A stretch of 64,000 nt of DNA from Parcubacteria group bacterium 21-54-25 (GTDB taxonomy: Bacteria > Patescibacteriota > Minisyncoccia > Phycocordibacterales > Phycocordibacteraceae): NCBI GenBank assembly GCA_002255585.1, contig NCBJ01000006.1:94-64093 (forward strand). Direction: 5' to 3'. Position numbers and translations under genes: made by a program. Below, piece after piece: positions 46,561 to 54,845 of the stretch (within the stretch, counting starts at the first letter, position 1; each line of letters opens with the position of its first letter). The notes beneath the pieces were generated by a model. The model saw only the letters and a program-made list of their open reading frames with translations, ran no database searches and was not told the DNA's origin.

Positions 46561-47658
46561 ATGATTATAGTTTTAGAAAAAATAAAATTTATTGAGGCGG
46601 TGCGTAGTGTTGCTCGTTTCACTCAGCACCACATCACATCACTCCCTGTGCTCTCCTGTATACTTATTGTTGCTGGAGACGATGGGGTACGATTTAGAGC
46701 AACTAATTTAGAAACAGGAATTGATTTTAAGATCGATGGTATTTGTAAGGCTACGGGGGTAGTCGCCATACCAGCAACCATTCTTCAGCAAATAGCCGCC
46801 TCTCTAACTAATGAAGGATCATTAACTATTGAACAAACAGGAGACACTGCAATAATCTCATTTAACAATGCACGAAGTGTTATAAAAACAATAGCATATG
46901 AAGATTTTCCAATAATCCCCCTCCCTACAACAAATAAAAAAAATACCATAAACGGCGCGGTGTTTAAATCACTCATTGAAACTGTCGCTGTGTGTGCATC
47001 AACATCAACTGTTCGTCCAGATCTTTCAAGTATCGCAATATTTTTCGAAGGAGGAGTACTGACATTTGTTGCAACAGATTCATTTCGTCTTGCTGAAAAA
47101 AAGAAAACACTTCAAACAACGTTACCAAATCTCAACATCCTCATTCCTGCTAAAAATAGCACCAACATCATTCAAACCATCCCAGACAACGACATAATTT
47201 TTATGTTCGATGAACATCAGGTCGCCTTCTTGTGGAATGAAAGCATAGTAACAACACGCCTTACTAATGGAACCTATCCAGACTACCGACAAATTATTCC
47301 AAAAAAAACAACCACAGAGGCAACATTTTTAAAAAAAGATTTTGAAGCAGCGCTCCGCCGCACAGCAATTTTCTCTGACACCTTTCAAAAACTACAACTA
47401 GGTTTTGATCCAAAAAAACAACACCTTACCCTTACAACACATAATCAAGACACCGGCAGCGCAAAAGAATCTATAACTGCAAAAATAACTGGCGCAGCTA
47501 TAGAGCAATCCTTTAATCACCACTATCTTCAAACACCTCTTTCTCTTATAAACACGGAGAGTATAACTGTTTCCGCGGGCAGCGTGGGACAACCACTCAC
47601 TATTCGCGGCGTTGGCGACAACTCATTTCTTTATCTCGTTATGCCGATGAACCAATAA
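46561..47658 (+). CDS. dnaN: DNA polymerase III beta sliding clamp
   Basis: 365 aa with the three-domain clamp pattern. It directly follows dnaA. Confidence 0.9.
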   Translation: MIIVLEKIKFIEAVRSVARFTQHHITSLPVLSCILIVAGDDGVRFRATNLETGIDFKIDGICKATGVVAIPATILQQIAASLTNEGSLTIEQTGDTAIISFNNARSVIKTIAYEDFPIIPLPTTNKKNTINGAVFKSLIETVAVCASTSTVRPDLSSIAIFFEGGVLTFVATDSFRLAEKKKTLQTTLPNLNILIPAKNSTNIIQTIPDNDIIFMFDEHQVAFLWNESIVTTRLTNGTYPDYRQIIPKKTTTEATFLKKDFEAALRRTAIFSDTFQKLQLGFDPKKQHLTLTTHNQDTGSAKESITAKITGAAIEQSFNHHYLQTPLSLINTESITVSAGSVGQPLTIRGVGDNSFLYLVMPMNQ

Positions 47659-47667
47659 TAAACAAAA

Positions 47668-47919
47668 ATGCAGGCCATCAAAGATCTTCTTTTGAAACAC
47701 AAACTCCCCACCACACGTATTTTGGAAATACGCCGTATTTGTGCGAGAACTGCATCTGAGGTAATAAAAATAGAAATAAAAATAAAAGAGATACAATACC
47801 AAAATGGTCAGATATCATTTCTTACAACTCCAATAATAAAAACAGAGCTTCTTTTGCGGAAAAAAGAAATCACCGAACAACTCAAGAAGCAGGGCGTGTT
47901 GGTGTCGTTGATGCAGTAA
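47668..47919 (+). CDS. DUF721/DciA-like small protein
   Basis: 83 aa. It sits immediately after dnaN, as DUF721 genes typically do. The pattern is a weak match only. Confidence 0.4.
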   Translation: MQAIKDLLLKHKLPTTRILEIRRICARTASEVIKIEIKIKEIQYQNGQISFLTTPIIKTELLLRKKEITEQLKKQGVLVSLMQ

Positions 47920-50068
47920 CCATTGTTTCCAGTAGAGAATTTGTTTTTTGAGAAATCTGTGTGGCGTGACTTTGTGCCCACACAGAGACAGGGTACTCCC
48001 AATAACTGTACTGCGGGTCTTGAGATGGGTCGACCGGTTGTGGTCCGAGAGGATTGTCTTTATTTATCCAATACAGAAGACTATGCACCCCAACACTACC
48101 GTCCGGTTGTGGGATAACGTACTGGCCACGAAGAACCGCAGGCAGGCTCTGGGGAATAGGGGTAGGCTCACCGAAATAACTTTTCGGATACTGTTCGAGG
48201 GCGTATTGCATCATTTCATGCCACATAGGAGCAATAATATATCCCGCAATTTCCTTCACCATAGGGGAGTTGTTATTGTTCCCAGCCCACGCACCAATAA
48301 CAATAGAGGGCGAGTAACCAATAGTCCACGCGTCACGGAAGTTGTCGGTCGTTCCTGTTTTTACCGCCACATCATATCCTGGGAAATTAAGTGGGTTGAC
48401 TGGCGGATACTCTGGATACCGTGCGGCATTGTTTGAAAGCATAGCAGAAATATCACGCGCAATTTTTGGAGGCATAACTTGCACAGGCTGTGGCTGGTAT
48501 TGTCCAAGCACGTTTCCACTCGCGTCATCTACCTCAAGAATGCCTGTAGTAGGGTTGTGTACCCCATCATTCGCAAAAGTGCCATATGCATCGACCATAT
48601 CAAGCAGGCGCACGTCGGCAGCCCCGAGCGCAAAAGAGAGGCCATACCGACTCGAATTGTGTATGGTGGTTATCCCTGCGGCAGTGGCCAGGTCAATTAC
48701 TGGTTGGATACCGGTTAAGTACAGCACCTTGACCGCAGGGATGTTAATTGATTGCGCGAGGGCTGTGGTAAAGGTCATTGGCCCGCGAAATTTATTATCA
48801 AAGTTCACCGGAGCGTAACAGGGCGGCGTATCGTTCGTGTTGTCTGTTGGTGAGCAGGCGGTTGAAAATTGTGTTGGGAGATCAAACACCGTCGTGTCGC
48901 GCGTAAAGCCCTTCTCCAACGCAGCGGCGTACTCAAACGGCTTGAAGGTTGACCCCGGCTGACGAAGTGCGAGAGTGTCGTTATAACTTCCATTAATACT
49001 TGCATCAAAATAGTTTGGTGAACCAATCATCGCAAGAATCTGGCCAGTTTTTGGATCAATAGCAACCGCCGCCTCATTTGCCGCATTAAAGTTTTTCTGA
49101 TTATTTTTTGCGTAATTAGTAACAATTGACTGCATTTTATTTTGCAAATTAACATCAAGCGTTGTTATTACTCGCAGGCCCTGCTGAAGCACGTCCGGAC
49201 CATATTGCTGTGTTAGCTGGTTAAGAATGTAGAAAACAAAATGCGGTGCAATAATTGAGCCGCTTTGTTGCGGTGCGAATACGACTTGTTCTTGCTGTGC
49301 TTGGGTGTATTGCGACTGATCAATAAAACCAAGATCTTTCATACGAGAAAGAACAAGATTTTTTCTATCATCGAGCGCTGCGCGATTATTGCCGTACGGG
49401 GAATAGAGTGATGGGGCTTGTAAAAGCGCCGCTAGATATGCCGCTTGCGCCAAATCAACATTTTCTGCGCTCTTTCCAAAAAAAGCCTCGCTTGCTGCCT
49501 GCACACCATACAGAGTGCCGCCATAGGGCATCTCATTTAAATATGCCTGCAAGATTTGGTCTTTCGAGTAACGCTGCTCAAGCTTGATAGAGAGTATCCA
49601 CTCATGCACCTTGCGGCTAATGCTCTTCTGGTTTGTGAGGAGGGCGTTTTTAACCACCTGCTGCGTGATAGTTGATCCACCCTGTGCGAACGAGCCACCC
49701 AGCAAATCAGTAAACATGGCACGGAGTATTGATGAAAAACGCACACCGCCGTGGCTATAGAAACTCGAGTCCTCAATAGCGATCGTTGCTTTTTGTATAT
49801 AAGGAGAAATAGCCGAGAGGGGGACTACACTCCGTTTCACATCACGACCATAATCGTAAAGTAATATCTTTCCAGTGCGGTCATATATTTTTGTGGACTG
49901 AGTAACTTCGCGATTTGAGAATGTTGCGATGTCCGGGGTTGGTGTAAAAGCAATCCACAAGGCACCGGCGCCCGCTACTACCAACACAAAACTCGTCACG
50001 AATATAAACGCCACCAAAAAGGGTCGCGGCCGGCCTTTAGATCGGGCTTTCTTTTTTCGAAACACCAT
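47882..50068 (-). CDS. Class A penicillin-binding protein (PBP1A: glycosyltransferase GT51 + transpeptidase)
   Basis: GT51 motifs are EDSSFYSHGGV and GGSTITQQVVKN. The transpeptidase SxxK is STFKP, with SxN and KTGT also present. There is an N-terminal TM anchor. Confidence 0.85.
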   Translation of the reverse strand: MVFRKKKARSKGRPRPFLVAFIFVTSFVLVVAGAGALWIAFTPTPDIATFSNREVTQSTKIYDRTGKILLYDYGRDVKRSVVPLSAISPYIQKATIAIEDSSFYSHGGVRFSSILRAMFTDLLGGSFAQGGSTITQQVVKNALLTNQKSISRKVHEWILSIKLEQRYSKDQILQAYLNEMPYGGTLYGVQAASEAFFGKSAENVDLAQAAYLAALLQAPSLYSPYGNNRAALDDRKNLVLSRMKDLGFIDQSQYTQAQQEQVVFAPQQSGSIIAPHFVFYILNQLTQQYGPDVLQQGLRVITTLDVNLQNKMQSIVTNYAKNNQKNFNAANEAAVAIDPKTGQILAMIGSPNYFDASINGSYNDTLALRQPGSTFKPFEYAAALEKGFTRDTTVFDLPTQFSTACSPTDNTNDTPPCYAPVNFDNKFRGPMTFTTALAQSINIPAVKVLYLTGIQPVIDLATAAGITTIHNSSRYGLSFALGAADVRLLDMVDAYGTFANDGVHNPTTGILEVDDASGNVLGQYQPQPVQVMPPKIARDISAMLSNNAARYPEYPPVNPLNFPGYDVAVKTGTTDNFRDAWTIGYSPSIVIGAWAGNNNNSPMVKEIAGYIIAPMWHEMMQYALEQYPKSYFGEPTPIPQSLPAVLRGQYVIPQPDGSVGVHSLLYWINKDNPLGPQPVDPSQDPQYSYWEYPVSVWAQSHATQISQKTNSLLETMVTASTTPTRPAS

Positions 50069-50115
50069 TGTGTTGCCCATGCTAACACACAAAACCCCTC
50101 GTAATGGGGTTTTGT

Positions 50116-50250
50116 GGCGGCACGTCAGTAGGATTCTTTTTCCTCCTCCTCGTGGAATCCGTTCATATCGAGGTCGTCGGAGTCTCTCTCGGAGTCGTCG
50201 TCGTTCGCATTCTCAAAATCCTCCTCGTCTGTATCAAATTCATTAGACAT
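50116..50250 (-). CDS. Small highly acidic protein (44 aa, hypothetical), directly upstream of PBP1A
   Basis: Manual translation gives MSNEFDTDEEDFENANDDDSERDSDDLDMNGFHEEEEKESY*. It is too short for the ORF track. Confidence 0.2.
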
Positions 50251-50330
50251 GATGGTTAGATAATTATTTCCTCCGCACTACACGGAGCGTCTCTATTTTT
50301 ATCAGGCGCAGCGTACTTTGCAAGGCCTCT

Positions 50331-50810
50331 TTACTGGGTATGTGGATAGCGTTTAGCAAGCGCCGCAATACCAAGCGCCAGCGCGTCATATTCGTCATCA
50401 CGGCGCTTCCCCGGCGGCAGGGTGATGAGTTTTGGCACCATATGCATAACCGCTCTTTTGTCGGCATTTCCGTACCCAGTTACTGCCAGTTTTATCGACT
50501 GCGGCGAATACTCGCGCACGGGGATATTGGCGATTCCCGCGGCGCTTAGTACTGCCCCACGTGCCTCAGCTACGCGCAGAGCTGTTTTTTTATTCGTACT
50601 AAAAAACAAGGCCTCAATAGCAAGAATGTCTGGGGAGTGGGCGGCGAGCGCCTTTTTTACCACAGTGAATACTGTCGCCAGACGCTCAGAAGGCTCGCCA
50701 GACGCAGGTTCAACACAAGCACTCCATATGTATGACGGACAAGAAGGGTCGCCTTCGACCACTGCGATACCAAGCCGATCGAAACCAGGATCAATCGCGA
50801 GTACTCTCAT
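50331..50810 (-). CDS. ruvC: Crossover junction endodeoxyribonuclease RuvC
   Basis: The N-terminus MRVLAIDPGFDRLGIAVV is the canonical RuvC start. The catalytic D/E residues are conserved. The ORF track extension to 50993 is rejected. Confidence 0.85.
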   Translation of the reverse strand: MRVLAIDPGFDRLGIAVVEGDPSCPSYIWSACVEPASGEPSERLATVFTVVKKALAAHSPDILAIEALFFSTNKKTALRVAEARGAVLSAAGIANIPVREYSPQSIKLAVTGYGNADKRAVMHMVPKLITLPPGKRRDDEYDALALGIAALAKRYPHTQ

Positions 50811-51351
50811 ACTCACGCGCGTTGGTGTATACCACCTGCACATCATCGTTTTCGTCAAGCATTGTGAGGAGCGTACTAAGTTTCTCTTCGTCACCGGCGG
50901 AGACGACAAGCAGCGTCTGATCGTTTGGGGTGTAGGTGCCATCCAGCTCTCGGGTGAATGCCCAGGCAGCTGATCCAGGAGTAGAAAGTTCATACCCCTG
51001 TTTGGAGAGCAAGTGCTTTACTTCCTGTGTCGTGCGGTTTCGATTATCAGTGAGTACGTCGATAACAACAGCGGTTCCCGCGGGGCCGTAGCACTCATAT
51101 ATCACCCGCTCAAAAGAATCAGCATCTCTTGACACGCCTTTTGCAATTGCCCGCTCAATACTGTCTTTCGGCATATTTGCGGCTTTTGCGCGGTCAACAG
51201 CGGTCTTAAGTGCTGGCGCACTCACGTTGCCGCCGGCTTGTTTTGACTCGAGCGCGATAAGGCGCGAGAAACGCGCAAACACTCGACTTTTCGCGGCATC
51301 GGTAGAGCCCTTCTGTCTTTTAATTTGCGACCACTTACTGTGTCCCGACAT
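50791..51351 (-). CDS. yebC: YebC/PmpR-family transcriptional regulator
   Basis: The N-terminus MSGHSKWSQIKRQKG is the signature YebC start. Confidence 0.85.
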   Translation of the reverse strand: MSGHSKWSQIKRQKGSTDAAKSRVFARFSRLIALESKQAGGNVSAPALKTAVDRAKAANMPKDSIERAIAKGVSRDADSFERVIYECYGPAGTAVVIDVLTDNRNRTTQEVKHLLSKQGYELSTPGSAAWAFTRELDGTYTPNDQTLLVVSAGDEEKLSTLLTMLDENDDVQVVYTNAREYESTRD

Positions 51352-51371
51352 AATATTGACAATACTACACG

Positions 51372-52385
51372 CTATATTAGCGCACCAGTTGCAAGATACG
51401 CGCGGCCGCGTCCAGAAAGTATCCGACCACGTAGCGATCGTTCAACAAAACCAAGTCGTAGCAAGAACGGTTCGTATACCTGTTCGAGCGTCTCTACATC
51501 CTCATGAAGCGCGGCAGCGAGCGCACGCACGCCAGCGGGCCCACCACGGAAACTTCGATCAAGGGTTTCAAGATAGCGGCGATCATCTTTAGTAAGACCA
51601 AGGGCATCAATACCGAAAAGCGTGCAGGCTTCATCGCACACCACACTTGAAAGCGCACGCTCGTGCACTTCCGAAAAATCACGCACTCGTTTTAAGAGCG
51701 CGTTGGCAATACGTGGAGTGGCGCGACTCCGTGCGGCAATTTGCACGATAACATCTTTCGGCACCGACAAATTGAGTACCTCTGCCGATCGCCGGATAAT
51801 TTTCTCCAAATCACCGTTTGTGTAGAAGTCGAGCTGGTATACGCCGCCGCCGAAGCGCGAGCGAAGTGGCCCTGAAATCTGCGCCACGCGGGTAGTTGCT
51901 CCGACGAGCGTAAAGGGAGGTAGAGAAAGTTCGACCGTACGAGCTGACGGCCCCTTTCCCAATATGATATCGAGCGTGCCGCTTTCGAGCGCCGGATAGA
52001 GCAACTCCTCAATTTTGCGCGAGAGCTGGTGTATCTCATCAATAAAAAGGATTGTTCCGGGTTCTAGGTTGGTTAAAATTGCCGCAAGATCGCTTGCGCG
52101 CTCAATCGCAACTCCCGAAGTGCTTTTAAGCGGCGTCTCAAGGGCGCGTGAGACGAGATGCGCAAGTGTAGTTTTCCCCACACCGGGCGGGCCGTAGAAG
52201 AGTATGTGTTCTGGCATACCTCCACGTTTTTTTGCGGCCTCCAGCACAATACGTACATTTGCTTTTATTTGCTCCTGTCCTATGTAGTCATCCCACGACG
52301 CAGGGCGCAGCGCCGCGTCGAGCGTTTGGTCTTTGGGAAGCAGGGCTTCGGGGGAACTTGACATATATTTCCTATATGATACCAT
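51372..52385 (-). CDS. ruvB: Holliday junction branch-migration helicase RuvB
   Basis: Walker A is GPPGVGKTTLA and Walker B is ILFIDEIHQL. The C-terminal winged helix is present. Confidence 0.9.
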   Translation of the reverse strand: MVSYRKYMSSSPEALLPKDQTLDAALRPASWDDYIGQEQIKANVRIVLEAAKKRGGMPEHILFYGPPGVGKTTLAHLVSRALETPLKSTSGVAIERASDLAAILTNLEPGTILFIDEIHQLSRKIEELLYPALESGTLDIILGKGPSARTVELSLPPFTLVGATTRVAQISGPLRSRFGGGVYQLDFYTNGDLEKIIRRSAEVLNLSVPKDVIVQIAARSRATPRIANALLKRVRDFSEVHERALSSVVCDEACTLFGIDALGLTKDDRRYLETLDRSFRGGPAGVRALAAALHEDVETLEQVYEPFLLRLGFVERSLRGRILSGRGRAYLATGALI

Positions 52386-52464
52386 TCTACCATACGAGGG
52401 TGAGGCTCGTAAGGACCTTCTGGAAATGTTTTCCGTAGGTCATTTATTTTTTCATCGTGCACAG

Positions 52465-52598
52465 AACCCTCCAAGCAAGGCTTGACGGCTTCGGGCGCGC
52501 CCCCAAGGCTTTCCTGGTTCCCACCTAGAGTGGAATTGCTGGGAATACCCTCAGGTTGCTGCGTCCACTTTCCTCCGGGAAAGAGTGTTTGGAGGGTT
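52465..52598. ncRNA. Candidate structured RNA (~134 nt) closed by a 10-bp helix (AACCCTCCAA ... TTGGAGGGTT); identity and strand unknown
   Basis: The terminal helix is perfect. Internal hairpins include CCAC-CTAGA-GTGG and CACTTTCC-TCCG-GGAAAG(AG)TG. It lies in the pilB-ruvB intergenic region. Confidence 0.3.
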
Positions 52599-52659
52599 GT
52601 GTGCGGGATGAGATATGCTAAAAACAGCGGGGCTCCAGGCCCTGCTGTTTTTGTTTATT

Positions 52660-54333
52660 TTAATCACGCGGAAGATCAACGGTGCTGAAGACCTCCTCGA
52701 GAGAGGTTTCTCCGGCAAGGGCTTTCAAAACACCGTCTTGCGCCATAGTGAGATTGCCCTGTTTGCGCGCCATCTTTGCGATGTCGGCTTCGCTCGGGTT
52801 ATCGCGCAAGAACGCACCAAGCTCGTCATCCATAAAAATTGCTTCATAGACTCCAACGCGACCATGGTAGCCGGTGTCGTTTTCTGAAGTGGTATCAGGT
52901 ATCCACGCGCGGTCGATGGAGGTGGGGAGGAGGCTCTTGTCCTCGACGGTCGAGAGGAGGCGCTCAACCATACGCTTTTGTTTGTCGGTTAGCGGTATCT
53001 GTTTGCGATTCTCTGGTTTTAGGCGTCGCACAAGACGCTGTGCCATGGAGACCGTAATAGCCGAAGCGAATTCTTTCGGATCAATGCCGAGATCGGCAAA
53101 GCGCGGGAAGGTGCCGGCTGCGTTGTTGGTGTGGAGTGTGGAGAAGACGAAGTGGCCAGTGAGCGCCGCTTGAATAGCGATGCTCGCCGTCTCGTTATCA
53201 CGAATTTCACCGACCATGATGACGTCGGGGTCTTGGCGCACAATTGAACGCAGGCCTGATGCAAAAGTATATTTCTTTTCAGTCACCTGCGTCTGCACAA
53301 TGCCTTCAAGATGATACTCGATAGGATCTTCCACGGTAATGACTTTTATTTCCGGGGACTGCATTTTACGAAGAAAAGAATACAGCGTTGTTGTTTTTCC
53401 AGATCCGGTTGGGCCGGTGGTAAGAAGCATGCCATTTGGCCGTTGTATTTCCACGAGGAGGCGGGAGAGGAGTTTGGGATGAATACCGAGCGTTTCAAGC
53501 GAAACTTGGATGGAGTTCGGATCAAGAATACGCATGACAAATGATTCGCCGTATGCGTTTGGGATGAGGGACGCGCGGATTTCTATTTCCGTTCCGTGAA
53601 GCGCCACACTAAAGCGACCGTCTTGCGCTTGGTCACGCACATTCAATTTCATTCCTGAGAGTATTTTTATACGCGAATCAACAAGGCGATAGAGCGCGGC
53701 GTCAAACTCGGCGACATCGGTGAGGACACCATCCAACCGGAAGCGCAGACGAATTTTTCCATCCTCGGGCTCAAGATGCACATCAGACACCTTAAGCGAG
53801 AACGCCCCTGCAAGAATGTACTCAAGCAATCGAGACACCTCAGCGGACTTTTTTTCAGCAGTTGTTTTTGCGATAAAGTTACGAATTGCGGGGATACTGT
53901 TAAGCTCTTTCGAAAAAGTTGAAAGCTCTTTGCTTGAAATATCAAAGACACCTACACGCGACTCCGCGGCAAACGACAGATCGGCGTATCGGGAGAACGC
54001 CTTCTCAAGACTTTTTTTAGATACCAAAAACTTAGTTACTTGATATCCGCGAGCCGCAAGATCTTTCTCAAGCGCGGGGAGCGTTTCGTTGTGCGGGTTG
54101 TGAATTGCAACCGAGACTTTTTTAGCCGCATGGTCAAACGCGGCCGCTTCGGATGCGCGTGCTTTTTCTTCCGGAATGAGCCGCAGTGCGTCAACATCAA
54201 TTGGGAGCATCGAGAGATCGGTGTACTGCAGCCCATATTTTTTAGAGAGAATATTCGCAACATCCTCCTCTTCTTTTGCGCGCACCTCTCCTAGCTTCGC
54301 GTTTTCAGCGCTTGTATCAAAAGGCAAGCTCAT
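52660..54333 (-). CDS. pilB: Type IV pilus / type II secretion assembly ATPase (PilB/GspE family)
   Basis: It has an N-terminal GSPII_E-like domain. Walker A is GPTGSGKTTTL, with the Asp box, Walker B and His box also present. The start is at MSLPFD (ATG 54333). Confidence 0.85.
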   Translation of the reverse strand: MSLPFDTSAENAKLGEVRAKEEEDVANILSKKYGLQYTDLSMLPIDVDALRLIPEEKARASEAAAFDHAAKKVSVAIHNPHNETLPALEKDLAARGYQVTKFLVSKKSLEKAFSRYADLSFAAESRVGVFDISSKELSTFSKELNSIPAIRNFIAKTTAEKKSAEVSRLLEYILAGAFSLKVSDVHLEPEDGKIRLRFRLDGVLTDVAEFDAALYRLVDSRIKILSGMKLNVRDQAQDGRFSVALHGTEIEIRASLIPNAYGESFVMRILDPNSIQVSLETLGIHPKLLSRLLVEIQRPNGMLLTTGPTGSGKTTTLYSFLRKMQSPEIKVITVEDPIEYHLEGIVQTQVTEKKYTFASGLRSIVRQDPDVIMVGEIRDNETASIAIQAALTGHFVFSTLHTNNAAGTFPRFADLGIDPKEFASAITVSMAQRLVRRLKPENRKQIPLTDKQKRMVERLLSTVEDKSLLPTSIDRAWIPDTTSENDTGYHGRVGVYEAIFMDDELGAFLRDNPSEADIAKMARKQGNLTMAQDGVLKALAGETSLEEVFSTVDLPRD

Positions 54334-54398
54334 ATGGTTATGATAGCGCGGCACGACCGCTTGTGCCACTGAGGCTCTCCACTTGGTACAATGGCTGT

Positions 54399-54845
54399 AT
54401 GGAAAAAGAATGCCGCACGCTCGAGGACCTATATCAAGAAGCCGCTCGATTTGTGAGCACCTTGATACCGCACGAAAATGCTGCAACGCTCATTACGCTC
54501 TCGGGCGCACTTGGAGCGGGGAAGACCGCTTTTACAAAAGCGGTTGCCCGCTCGCTCGGTGTTGAAGAGCGTGTCACAAGCCCGACGTTTGTTCTAGAAA
54601 AGATATATGACTTGCCTGCCCCACGAAACGGCACGGGCTTTGCGCGGCTCGTACATATTGACGCGTATCGGCTTGAAGGAGCCACGGCACTTTCGCCACT
54701 CGGTTTTGATGCGCTCATGCGCGACCCGCAGAATCTCATACTTATTGAGTGGCCAGAACAGGTTGTGGGGGGACTACCTGAACCCGCCACGCGTATTTCA
54801 TTTGTTGCGCGCAATGACGAAAGTCGCACCGTTACGTATGCCTAA
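54399..54845 (+). CDS. tsaE: tRNA t6A37 threonylcarbamoyladenosine biosynthesis protein TsaE
   Basis: The P-loop is LSGALGAGKTAFTKAV. Motifs SPTFVL and HIDAYRL are present. A TGGTACAAT extended -10 lies upstream. Confidence 0.8.
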   Translation: MEKECRTLEDLYQEAARFVSTLIPHENAATLITLSGALGAGKTAFTKAVARSLGVEERVTSPTFVLEKIYDLPAPRNGTGFARLVHIDAYRLEGATALSPLGFDALMRDPQNLILIEWPEQVVGGLPEPATRISFVARNDESRTVTYA

